A DNA stretch of 63,691 nucleotides, filler included, from Folioceros fuciformis (lineage: Eukaryota), in the NCBI GenBank assembly GCA_049999805.1. It is 7 parts of 7 records of this genome, joined end to end, with 100 filler letters (N's around TTAATTAATTAA, not from the genome) between each part and the next. Parts side by side here need not be neighbours in the genome. Positions count along the whole stretch, not along the records: positions 23,604 to 51,002 come from JBNGIO010006255.1; 6 more parts are not named here. One strand, written 5' to 3'. This document shows positions 24,214-36,644 of the stretch, piece after piece. A program made the translations under genes and the position numbers. Positions within the stretch are counted from its first letter, which is position 1. Each line of letters begins with the position of its first letter. The notes under the pieces were generated by a model. It had not been told where the DNA came from. It saw only the letters and a program-made list of their open reading frames with translations, and did no database searches.

Positions 24214-26003
24214 TAACAGTCCTACTTAGATAGATCAACAAGTTTAGAGCGATTTGCATACCCCAGGCAGGCGTGCCAAAGTTTGGCATGTTGGGCTGTT
24301 GTCAAAGGACCAACAGTTGTAGAATTAACTTGTTCACGACAGATTCAAGTGATATCTAGACGATACAATTCTGATTCTAGAACAGCTTGAAAAATGCAGC
24401 GAAAAGGGGAGCTGCGATAGGCAAAGCAAATAGTGGTTCCTAAGACTGTAAGTATCAAATCCTTCATTTGCATTATCCTACTAAGTGACATCAGATTTTT
24501 GGCCATCTTAGGCACGTAGAGAACATATGGTAAAACTAAGATGGTATCATCATGAAGTGGGAACTTACAGACTCCTCTACCATGTATGTGCAGATTGCTG
24601 GAGATTCATCACCCAAAAAGACTTTTTCAGAAATACTAGTAAGCGTCAAGTTAGTGAAGTGGGACTCATCACGACAAATGTGAGCTGTGGCACCACTATC
24701 AAGGTACCAACTATCTACCTCACTTGTGTGAGTGCTCAAGCAGACTGTCAAGATTTTCACTACTAGCTTACTAGGCTGAGGTTCTGAAACCTTATCTTTG
24801 GATTGTGATGTGGTGTGTGCAGTTGCAAGTCGAGGTGTTGCTCGTTGAGGCTCCCCGGCTTTCTTCTTTCTGCACTCTCTGGCCCAATGCCCAGGAGTCC
24901 CACACCAATTGCAATTACCTTGTCTCTTTGAAATGAAAGGATTGGTAATGTTGCGCTGAGTAGGTGATTGACCTCTCCCTCTACCTCTTGTGTTGAAACG
25001 ACCTCCTCTTGTCGCAGAAAATACTTTGTCTGTTTTAGAACGCTGTCCCCTTGATGACATCCGGCGGCTCATCTCCTCTTGGTAAAGAGCCCCAATGACA
25101 TCTGTGAGCTTGACATCTTGGCCAGCAGTTCGAATGGGACCGTTCTATGTGGTGACAAATGTTTGGTAACGGGGAGGTAGGCTGATGAGAAGATGAGCCA
25201 CCGCATCCACTATTTGCATAGTTGTGCCAAGAGCAGCCATTTGGGCACGCAAATGCCGAAATCGACTGGTGAATGCTGCAACAGAATCTCCTTCCTTCAT
25301 GCGCAAGGTATAAAATTGCTACCTTATTGCGCATAAGCTCATCATGGTTTCAACTTTGTAGGTTCCTGCAAGCTTATCCTAAATTGCTTTGGCATTGGTG
25401 AGGAAATCTACTTCGGGGACAAGATCTGAATCAAGCCCATTAACAAGCAAGGCCATGGCAATTCTATTAAGCTTATCCTATGTATCCTTCTGTGCTTGGG
25501 TAATGGTAACTCCTGCTATTGTAGGATGAGAGGGGGTGCCTGGATCCGGATCAGATCCATCAACCACCTTCCAGACTCCACAAGCAAGCAAGGTTGATTT
25601 CATCCCAACACTCCACATGTCATACCTAGTGCCGTTAAATCTGTCTTTATCCTTAAGATCAGATGTAAAAGTAGGTGTGGCCATGACTGTGTGTTTGCAG
25701 GAGGATGAAGAAAAGTGCGACAAGGGAAGGAATTGCAAACTAACAAGAAGGTATGTCCAAAATCTATGTGACCATTCAAATCTAAGTAAATGTATAAAAA
25801 GAATATGAAAGGTGCCCTAATTAGGAAAACTGTCCTAAGTTCTGAAAAACGTGCCCTAAAAACTAATAAAAGTGTTCATGGTATTTTTCAGATGGCACGA
25901 GAGGAGCCAAATAACCATTTCAATTGCCGATTGGCGGCAAAGAAGAAATTGAATGAATTGCAACAGATCTCAGGCAAAATCAGTGAATCCCTTGCTCTAG
26001 CAT
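24214..26003 (-). mobile_element. Ty1/copia gag-protease-integrase N-terminus, degenerate
   Basis: FNGTRYDMWS, zinc knuckle CNWCGTPGHWARECRKKKAGE, WYLDSGATAHIC, and WHACLG near 24270. Confidence 0.9.
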
Positions 26004-26004
26004 G

Positions 26005-28263
26005 ATAGTAAGATAGCATATTTGGGACATTTTATAGTGCCTAGGGGTACAGCACCATCTAATGTTAAGGTTGAAGCGACAGCAAAAATGATGCCACCTT
26101 CAGATATGAGAACTTCCCGCTCCTTTCTAGGATTGGTAAATTATTATCGCAATTTCGTGGCAAACCACGGTGTGGTGGTAAAACCAATGACAATGTAGTT
26201 AAAGAAAGGTGCAGTGTGGGTTTGGGGAGAAGATCAGCAGAGAGCGTTTAAGGAGATAAAGGACATTTTGATGAGCAAGCCTTTATTGACAAGACCCAAT
26301 TTTGACAGAAAGTTTAAGTTATATATAGATTAGAGCAAACTTGGTCTGGGAGCAATGCTGGCGCAGGATGATGAGAGTGGGGTGGAGCATGTGGTAGCGT
26401 ATGCAAGCAGGAGTAACAATTCTGCAGAGAGAAATTATTCCTCATATCATGGGGAATGTTTGGCGCCGGTATGGGTAATATCGCATTTTAGGCCTTATTT
26501 GTATGAGGCTCAATTTGAGTTGGTGACGGATTATCAACCTTTGAAGTGGTTGATGAAGAGTGAAAAGTTGACAAGAAAGTTAGCAAGATGGGTACTTATT
26601 TTGCAAGAGTATAATTTTTCTATTAAGCATAGGGCGGGAGTGAAACATGCAAATGCAGATGTGTTGTCAAGGAATCCATTAGGAAGTTCAAAGGATTCTA
26701 CAGTTGCCAGGCAAGATTTTGATAAGAATGTTAGGGTTGACTGTAATCTGGTGGTGTCCACATGGACAACGAGTGCATACTTGGTGAATTTGGTGGAGTT
26801 GGGAGTTCCTTCGGTGTCAGTAGATGTGTGGGAAGATAAGAATACGTTAGAGAGGGTGATTACAGGTGGTAATCAGGAGGCGTTAACTGTGAAGGAGAAT
26901 GATAGGGTGACAAAGCGAAGTAGGAGATATGTATGGGTTGACAATAAGTTATTGTTTAAGGATAACATGAAGGTGGTACCAAGACCTGAAGAAAGAATGA
27001 ATTTTGGCAAAAAAGATTCAGTTAGGACATTTTGGCACAAAAAGAACATTGAGTTTGCTCATGAATAGTTATTATTGGAAAGGAATGATGGATGTAGTTG
27101 AGAAGGTGGTGTCTACTTGTGAGGTTTGTGATAGGGTGAAGGCAAGTTTTTCAGGCAAAACTTCTCAGCTTCATCCGCTGCCTATTAGGGGGATGTTTTA
27201 TAGGTGGAGTTTGGATTTGGCTGGAGAGTTACCAGTCACGTGTAAAGGTTTTAAATATGTGTTGGTGATGATAGAACACTTCTCTAAATGGATAGTTTTA
27301 GTGCTTTTGAAAGAGAAGAAGTCACATGGCATTAAGAAAGCATTTCTTAATCATGTGTTGAGTGTTTTTAGGGCTTGTGCAAAAGTTTTGACACATCAAG
27401 GTACTGAATTTATGGGAGATTTTGATGAATTTTTAAATGAGTATCTTATTGATCATAGGGTAACTTCAAGAAATCACCCGGAGGCTGATGGTTTGGCAGA
27501 AAGAATGGTACATACATGTAAGAGTGCTTTGAGAAAATATTGTTTGGTAATGGACAAGAGTGAGTGGGATTGGATGTTGCCATTTCTTGTGATGGGTTAT
27601 AAGATGAGTAGGCAAGCATCGCTGGGAAAATTTTCATCATACATGCTGTTGTTTGGGCATAGACCATAGCTATCTGAGATGTTAGAAGACAAGGTGAATG
27701 CTATAGTGGATTTGGACGATCCTAATAAATGGTTAAAGATAGTCACACATAGAGCGGAGTTGCTTAGGAGGATATTGCCTATGGCAATGGATAATCTGTT
27801 AATAGCTCAACATAGGGATGAGTTAAGGTACAAGAAAACAAGGAGTGGACATTTCAAGCCTAAGGTGAAAAAGTTTGAAGTTAAAGATTATGTATATTTG
27901 TAGAGGAAGACAATGACAACCATTGATACAAGTGTGAGTAGGGTAATATTAAGGGTGAGAAGCGTGAAGTTGAATGGAATTCTGGAGTTGGAGGGAAAGG
28001 ATGGTACAACTTGTTTGGAACACATGAAAAATTGTGCACCATGTCATTTACCTCACTTGAACTCGATAATTGATGTGCAAGCTTTTGTGCTAAGGAAGGG
28101 ATTTGCTTGTACAGGTTGTGGAGATTCTGGAGGTGATCATTGCATATTGTTGTGCGATAGGTGCAATGATGGGTAGCATACTTTTTGTTTAGAGCCTCCA
28201 CTAGAAGCAATGCCAGATAGGCAATGGTTTTGTCCAATGTGTGTAGCGGTTGACACATTGTGA
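26005..28263 (+). mobile_element. Ty3/gypsy pol remnant (RT end, RNase H, integrase) with a C-terminal PHD finger
   Basis: YLGH, FLGLVNYY, VAYASRS, FELVTDYQPL, HRAGVKHANADVLSR, GHFG...CEVC, WSLDLAG and DGLAERM in RT-RH-IN order. It ends with CTGC..LLCDRC..[W]HTFCL.PPL..MP..WFCPMC. Several stops and frameshifts. Confidence 0.93.
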
Positions 28264-28343
28264 GGGGCAGTATGTTCAGCATGTATGAATTTTGATGAAA
28301 AGTTTGTTAATCTATCTTACCAACGAAAGATGGTCAGCAGATT

Positions 28344-29037
28344 AAGGGGGGGAGTGAAGGTGTCGCAGTGAGGGAGGAGGAGTAGAGGACAACTATTCCT
28401 TTCGTCCATCTCGTGTGCAACAAACCACCAAAGAGTGGCATGGTGACCAGTAGCCTAGGTGTGCACGACAGAGAGGAAGCACCCAAGGGAAGGCATCCAA
28501 GAATTATAAGTGTGATCACTGTATTCACATCGAGGGAGGAGGAGTGGAGATAAGCTACTCCTTTCGTCGATCTAGTGTGTAGTAAACCACCAAAGAGTGG
28601 TAGGATGACAAGTAGCCTTGGTGTGCACGATGGGGAGGAAGCACTCAAGGGGAGGCATCCATATGCACTATTGCAAGAATATACGCGTACATCATATAGG
28701 GGCTGGCCACCATATATATACATGAATATATGCTAAGTATATAGAATATATATGTGTCTTCGGAGATGTCTAGGGCTAAGTTCAGATGTTGAAGGGCAAG
28801 ACTTCTTGAAGAACGACAGATGCTATGGACCAAGCAATTAATGGAAAGAGAAAGCTCGCATATGATGACCAAGTAAAGGTGCATCTTGAATATAAGAGTA
28901 ATGACACAAAGTAGTTTGCAAAGAAGATGAGGTTGACCATGTCGGCTCCCAAATATTATAAGGGTCAACGTGATTTAGAAAAAAATAGTTCATGGTTTTG
29001 CTCTTTGGAAGCAGGCTTAAGAAGTGGGCTGGTGACA
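28344..29037 (+). repeat. PPT and putative 3' LTR of the gypsy element, with an internal ~130-bp direct repeat
   Basis: AAGGGGGGGAG (28344-28354) is followed by TG. Diverged direct repeat at 28370-28499 and 28532-28661. LTR end (TGACA, 29037) is tentative. Confidence 0.65.
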
Positions 29038-29959
29038 TAGTTGCATTGATAAATTCTTGTGAGTTATTAAAGCAACAAATGCGATACTCAACAATTATGC
29101 TAAAGAAGCATCAACATCAAGAAAAAGGATTTGAGATCTCAAAGTAGATCTAGAGATAAAAGATGAGTTATTACCACGGGCAAGGTTATTCTAACTTTTA
29201 TAAAACATAACTTTTTGCCAACAACATAACATAATAAAATTACCCTAAAGACAAAGCTCCAAATGTATTCATCCTTACTAATTCTTAATGTTCATACCAT
29301 ATGGAGTGACTTTAGTTAGAGACATTCACATTAGAGAAGAGTTTCTCTCTCGAAACTCGATGAAAGACATTGTTGACATCCTACAAAGAGGCACAAAATA
29401 ATTAAAAGATGTTAAAATTAACAAAAAATTGATGGGATTTTCTTGAAACCCTCCTTGGAGGACCCCTTTTATTTTAAACATCGTTTGTGAAAAGAAGTGC
29501 TTAGGTTTTGAGGTCCAGTCGTATGTTCACTACGTAAGAAGAACCTCACTAATTAAGAAACCAAGATCCAATAACCCAAACTGCCGTACAAGGCTTGACC
29601 AGACACTTGAGATTGGTTTGTTGTATGCTATCTCTCGTTAGTTGCCCACGAAACAGCTACCATTCTTTGCAAGAGTAAGGTTCTATTTCATAATAGCTGT
29701 CACAATGATTTGATTTAATAGAAGCTAACTTGGTTGCTTTTGTTTACACGTTATTGAATCCCCGTTCTTTTGAAAAAGAGCCTAGCTACTCTTCATATTA
29801 TGCACTATATTGGGTTATCTTTGTTTACATACACTAACTCATTATACACTCACTNNNNNNNNNNTGTGTTCTTCCACCGCTGATCATGCCGATACATGTA
29901 TAATTATATTACACTACTGTGAAGGAATTTCTTGGGTGTGCAATTGTAGCTCATAAAGG

Positions 29960-31200
29960 AAAAATAATGTGTAGAAGGTAGCTTGGGCTACATGCAAATG
30001 AACACCTTAGGAGAGTATGAAAGCTACTTAGGGTTTCAGCTACTGGTGGTGTTGGGGAGGTTATCCTCCCCCATAGTCATCTCCATACTTGAATATGGGA
30101 GCTGAAGTGGCGGGAGTCTATTGTGTGTGCTACATCTTGCCTCATAGAAGCGAAGGAGAGGGAGGTCACCTCCCGGTCCTAATGGTCAAGACCAGGCAAC
30201 TGCTATGGAGGCCGAGTCTAGCATGTTACCCCTCCTCAAGGAGCTATGGTAGGTAGTGGGTAAGAGAGGTTAGAGTGGGTCCTTAGCTTAAAGCAACTGG
30301 GAGACCATTGTAGTGTCTAAGCGTATGGACCAGTCACTTACCTTTGAGCTATTCGAGAAGCAACCCCTAAGCCACTTGGAGCAAGAAGCAGTCCTTGAAA
30401 GGGACTTAACCCTGAGAAGAAAGTGAGCATGTAAACCTTTCGTTGTCGTCTACAAGTATCCCTCCCAAGGTGAGGGTAACCATATGGTGCTTTTTCCAAG
30501 CTAGCTTGCCTAACGCCAATCGATGGGACAGATTACTGGTGGCTATGGGGAAGGAATGATGTATACTATGCAATGTTGCCACCCCCTACTAAAGCCAACA
30601 TCTTTTCTTTTAGTGCGATTATGCGCAAGGTGTCTGGAGTGAAGTTGGTAGGTGGTCACATAAGCTCCTCCCCGAGAACAACCTCATGGTCTCGGAGCAA
30701 ATGACCTTATTTAGTTTAGATGAGGTTTTTGGCCGACCACTGCTCTAAAGTTAGTGGTCGAGGGTGGAGTGGTCCTCCTTACTTTTTATCCCTCTAGTTG
30801 AAATGGATGTCGTTGGTTTATGGTGAGAGAGACAAGTAATGCTCTACTATGGCATATTTGGGAATAGGTTTTGGTGGTTGCTGCCAGCATACAAACATTT
30901 ACTCCTACAAAGTTCAAGCGGAAAGAGTAGAAATGAGCTGGCTTTCTCGAGCACAACAACCAATGAGATCATTCCTGTTCTTAAGGCAGGTAAGGGTACC
31001 TCCCCACCTAGGGCATGGTGAATCGCCCAAATAATAGTATAGGTAGAGAGTCGATCATTGCTTATGTCTAGGAGCTAGCTATAAACGCTAACTCCATAGC
31101 TCAGCCGCTAATGCTTCGCGTTTGTAATCCTCGACGTAGCCTCTTGCTGTTTTAATTTGAATTCTTTTCTTCGTGAAAGAAAAAAGAAAATAAAAGAAAC
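29960..31200 (+). mobile_element. Degenerate L1 LINE 3' end (zf-RVT region)
   Basis: Broken translation PPKVRVTIWCFFQASLPNANR...CILC...QHLFF*CDYAQGVW...LWHIW. A-rich tail near 31176-31200. Confidence 0.6.
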
Positions 31201-32458
31201 ACAACTGTAAAAGAAGAAGAACTTTATTTAGTTCCTCGTTGTAGTAAAGTTATTAAGTTTCATTGTTTAATTTAGTTTAAAGAAATGAGTTCATCTATTA
31301 TGTAGAATTCTTGTTCTTCGTAGACTAATATATTTGCTTACATTACATAAGTAATAAGTATTTATTTAAATAAGACTTAAACTTCTCATTCTACTAGAAA
31401 GTTGAAAGTAAGTAGTTTTTCACCATGACACAAGATAATCAAAAGCCCATTGAGAGGCCAATTAAGAGTGAAAGGCAAATGGACAAAGAAAAGGTCTTGT
31501 AGATTAAATAAAACGACTCAAGAACTATACTATGTAAGGCAACCAAAATGCAAAGCTAAACGGTACCACACAGAATTAGGTGGTGTGCTCACTTGCTTAT
31601 GTACAATGCTTCGTTTGCAAGTTTCAAAGCATTGAATCAAGGAACTTCATATTTCTCTATGTAGGAGATCCAATATTGATTTTTGAGACTGTCCTAAGGT
31701 AATATATTAAGATGCAAGAAGCAGAAGGGCATAACTAGAAGGTAACATTTGCAAATCTTCTAAAAAGATAATCTGAAATGTAATTTCATAGTGGTTTTTG
31801 TTTCGGAGGATTTTAAGTACCTTATGTTATGGTAGTTTGATATACATCTCCAAATAATTGTAATCTGCAATAAAAATCCAATGAATTATAAGCTTGAAAT
31901 GGAACTGAGCAGCAGCGATGTCTCCATAAGTGACGGGCGCGAAGGAGTGGAATTACAGCCCGCCCGCCCTTGTAATCCAAAACATAACACGGGCGCTCAT
32001 CCATATAAATCTGTCTGCTCTTCGTGTGTGGATGTTAAGGATGCTAAGGCGGAGTCTGTAGATGTAACCCCCTAGGTAGGAGAGGCGCTGCTCCCCCCTT
32101 GTGGATTCCGAGCACGAAGGGTTGAAAGCGGTATACTTGGCGCTTCCCGGCTGCCGTGCCGTGCCGCACCGTGCCTGAATGTCTTGGGTCTACAGGGCTG
32201 GCTGGCGCTTGACAGCTTACCAGGAGCTGGGCTGGACTCTTGACAGCTTTGTCTCAAGGCTTTTTCCTGCCCGCAAGCTGCGAGTCAAGTCAAGAGCGTG
32301 CTTCTGCATTGCAACCGCACATTCCGAACGGCGCAATTGCCTCCACTTCACACGACTTAATGGGCTAATGCCATTGAACGTAAGGCTTTTGCTACCAGTT
32401 GTCACCAATTTCTTGAATCCTGCACGTCATATCTAGCGGCAGGTCAAAGACGCAGCTC

Positions 32459-35400
32459 ATGGACACCAATTCTGATGATCATGCTGGTCCAAAGAAATTT
32501 CGAAGGTTGCGTCGTGTCAGTCAGAAACGCAGATCTGACGAAGAAATGGTTCCACCTGAAGGTCAAGCGGAGGGAGATGTGTTAGACAAAGGTGGTGGAA
32601 CAACTGAGGCGGTCTCAGCAGGTTCTCAGCCGCCAGTCAAAGATAGTAAGGATGAGGAGGCACCCAAGGTGCCCTCCCCTGCCGGCGACGCGGTCGCTGG
32701 GGAAAATAGGAGCAGACCAGGAGGCTGTGGAGTCGCCAGTGCCCTCCAGAAAAGGAGGTCGAAGACAACAGCCAAGGGAGTGCTGGTGCCTGTATCGCCG
32801 GCAAAGCGCTGTAGGACCCAAGAACCCAAGGCGACAGAGTCAGGGAGTGACATTTCGGACACAGTGAGTGGCCAAAGGACCGACGCCTCTAGGGCGCATG
32901 GTCAGCCACAGGCAGTAACTGCAACGCAACGGCCTTCCAGGAGACCTGTGGTGGCTAAAAAGCTACCCCTTGTTTCGTACACAGCTCCTGATAGTTCGGT
33001 TGAACGACTCCATCGCGAGGCGACGAGCAGCCAACTGTGGGAAACTCCTGGTGTGTTGCCGGGGAGGAACTTGCCGCATAGGATTTCGATTTCAGTACCT
33101 GGTGTTGTCTCCTGTTATTGTTTTTGTCTCACTCCTTGTCTTCGCTAACGTTAAGGGTGTGTGCTGTGGCACATACAGGTGAATCAGAGCTGAAAAGGGT
33201 TCCCAACAGCTTCGATTCGGTGAAAGAGTATATTGAGGTCTTCGAACCATTGCTTTTTGAGGAATGTCGAGCACAGCTTCGTAGCGTATTTGAGGAATTG
33301 TGTGATTACAACGGCAAGGATCCACACATTCGTGTACTCATCAAGACTGTCAGCCAACGAGAACGGGGTACATCTCTTGATTTCTAAATTCTGTTCATAA
33401 TCCCCTGTGTTCTGTCGAACTGTTTTGCCGTTCTACTATACAAGTCGTTACTTTTTCCCAGCGAAGGAACTTTACCCAGGGTCTGCCTCAGTTGTCATTA
33501 AGCTCTGCTTGATGGGTGGCAGGTTGGTATGACGTGACTGTGCTGCCAGTAGATTATGGTGCCAAGCAACAACTTCTCTTCAAAGAGGGCGACATTGCTG
33601 TCATTTCTACGCCTAAACCTGGTTCAGGTAGACTTAACCATTTCCCCCTATGATGTGATCAATAGTTTTGTGTTGAGGCTAATGTTGATATGTGCTTGAC
33701 CTTTTCCTTCGATGCTCCCTCTCCTTGATAAGTTATTTCCTTGTTGATTTGAATAGGGTCCCGGCGGAGGGCTCGGCTCAGAGAAGGTGAAGCCAACAAT
33801 GTCGAGACATGTAGAGTGTCTGGAACTGTTCGTAAGTTTGTTCCTGTTGATACGCGGGAACCATTGGGAGCTATTGTACATTTTTATTCAAATGATGAGG
33901 CACATCTGGGAAGGTACTCAGCTTTCAGTAAATTTGGCTTTTCAGTGCAGAGCTGGATGAGTCAGAATATATGTTTGGGTGTTGCATCTGCAGCTGAGTG
34001 CTTACTTTTCATGCCCTTTGGCTGTAGTGTTTTGAGGCAACTCCAACAGTCTGATGGGGGCTGGTACTTGACTCTTCTTGGATCCTTGACAACCACGCAA
34101 AGGGAGTACACGGCTCTGCACAGAGTCCAGGATCTCCATTCATTGGTCAAGTTTTTCCTCGCTAATGAAAGCCATGTTTTGGCAATTATGTACTCTCCGT
34201 TTTGTTTGTTACATGTTCATCTCTTGCGCCTGGGTGTGTTCTGAGACTGGCAATTTCATTTCTTGCTTGCAGATGGTTGAGGCTATCTTGCGGCCTCGCC
34301 CTGAGCTATTTCCGTCACATAATCAACAGAGACCTCCAGCTATGCCAGACTGTTTCACTCCTGCGTTTTTGCAGCACTTGCAGAACCAATTCAATGGCCC
34401 CCAGCTGGAGGCTATTCAATGGGCAGCAGCTCATACTGCAGCTGGCTTTACAGGGCCCCCCAGTAATACGGCAAAGCAGGAACCCTGGCCATTCACTCTC
34501 GTTCAAGGCCCACCAGGTACAGGGAAGACGCACACCGTTTGGGGGATGCTAAATGTTATTCACCTGGTGCAGTATCAACGTTATTATGCTACTCTTATGC
34601 AAAAGCTAGCCCCATGCAGTGTGAGTGCATCTCAGGAACCTTCAACAAGCAATGCAGCTACAGGGGATTGCGTTTCAGGTTCCCTTGACGAAGTACTTTT
34701 AAAGATGGACAGGAGTCTATCTCAAAATTCTGTAAAGCTTTGTCCCAAACCTCGAATGCTAGTTTGTGCTCCTTCAAATGCTGCAACAGATGAGCTTCTG
34801 TCCCGCGTGCATGATCGAGGATTTATGGATGGGGAGATGAAAATTTATCGACCTGATGTTGCACGCGTGGGAAGTGATTCCCAGTCACAGGCAGCACAAG
34901 CTGTGTCTGTGGAAAGACGGACTGAGCAGCTTCTCAACAGGAGCCGGGAGGATGTAGTGGGTTGGTTGCAGCAATTGAGAGTTAAGGAATTGAGTGTGTC
35001 AAGCCACATTGCCCTCCTGAAGAAGGATCTTCTTGATATAGCTAAATCTCTGCGCGGACCTGCTACAATTGGCATGGATCCAGAAATCCTGGCAGCGAGG
35101 GATCAAGCACGGAGCGCACACACTGCCAAGCTGCAACAACTGGCTGCAGCACTGGAGGAACATGACAAGGTTGTGATAGAAAGGTCACGACTGCAGATTG
35201 TAGAGGACCAACAACGAGGTGAATCTAAAGATGATGCACGCCGAAAGCTGGAGGCGAGCTTCGCAAACGAGGCAGAAATAGTGTTTACAACTGTATCCAG
35301 CACTGGCCGCCGCCTATTTTCTGAGCTAACACATGGTTTTGACATGATTGTTATCGATGAAGCTGCACAGGCAAGTGAGGTTGCTGTTCTGCCACCCCTT

Positions 35401-36644
35401 ACCTTGCGCTCTTCTAGGTGTGTGCTTGTCGGCGATCCCCAACAGTTGCCAGCTACGGTCATTAGCCATGTTGCAAACAACATGCAGTATAGCCGTAGCT
35501 TATTTGAACGATTTCAGAAAGCTGGCTGCCCTGCAACTGTTCTAACTGTGCAGTATCGGATGCACCCTGAGATTAGGGTGTTCCCATCAGAGCATTTCTA
35601 CGGAGGGTGTTTGACAGACAGTGAGAGCATCAGGGCCTCGCCATCTGAGATTTACCATTTTGACCCTTTGCTAAGACCGTATCTGTTCTTCGACATCAAC
35701 ACTGGACGTGAATCTCATGGAGGATCAGTTTCTTATCAGAATACTCTTGAAGCTCAAGTGGTTGTCCGCCTGTATAATCATCTGCAGCAAGTCCTGAAGA
35801 TTGCTGGCATTCATGAGTCTGCTGTATCCGTAGGCATTATAACACCTTACAAGCAACAGCTGTCTTGTCTTCAGAAGGAGTTTCAGGCTGTTGTTGGGGC
35901 GCCTGCCAAAAACAAGGGGGTCTACATCAACACGGTGGATGCATTTCAGGGTCAGGAGAGGGATGTGATCATAATGTCTTGCGTAAGGGCATCTAGCCAT
36001 GGTGTAGGTTTTGTTGCAGATATAAGGAGAATGAATGTGGCTCTTACACGTGCTCGACGGTCACTTCTGGTATTCCGCCTTTCCTGTTGCATGGTGCAAT
36101 TGGGTTTTGTTCTTGTTTCTGCACAAGCATGGTGATACAGATGTGATCCTGCTTTGACATTTGCCACCAGTCATGTTGAAGAATTGTGTGCAACCATCCC
36201 TCCCTGTTGATTGATGTTCACCTAGAATTATCGTATTATGAATGAAGGTTCTGTAATGCAGGAGTGGCCTGCTGTATGATACGTAAATCAGAAGGATCTG
36301 CCTTCCACTGATTTGTGCTGTGATTCCTTCTGTGTCAGGTTATTGGTAATGCCAATGCACTCTCACAGTCTGAGGACTGGACTGCACTCATTGAGAACGC
36401 CAGATCAAGAAGCTGTTTCATACCTGCGGATTTCTCACAGATAAATGGTCTCCTTCCTGAGAGCCAGGCTAGTGGCAGTGGAATCCAAGGCGGTCTTGGA
36501 CCTCCAGGATATCGTAGGGCATCTGTTCATCCAATGCCGAATGCCAGGTGGGATACTCAACCTGGTGGACCTCATGGTACACACACTGCTGATTTCTCAA
36601 GTAACCCGGCGGGACCTTCCAGAAGAGGCCGATCGCACAGATGA
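32459..36644 (+). CDS. SEN1/MAA3-related superfamily-1 (Upf1-like) RNA/DNA helicase
   Basis: VPNSFDSVKEYIEVFEPLLFEECRAQL, WPFTLVQGPPGTGKT, LVCAPSNAATDE, IVIDEAAQ, LVGDPQQLP, VQYRMHP, NTVDAFQGQE and RRMNVALTRAR. Last exon 36339-36644 (VIGNANAL...*). Confidence 0.95.
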
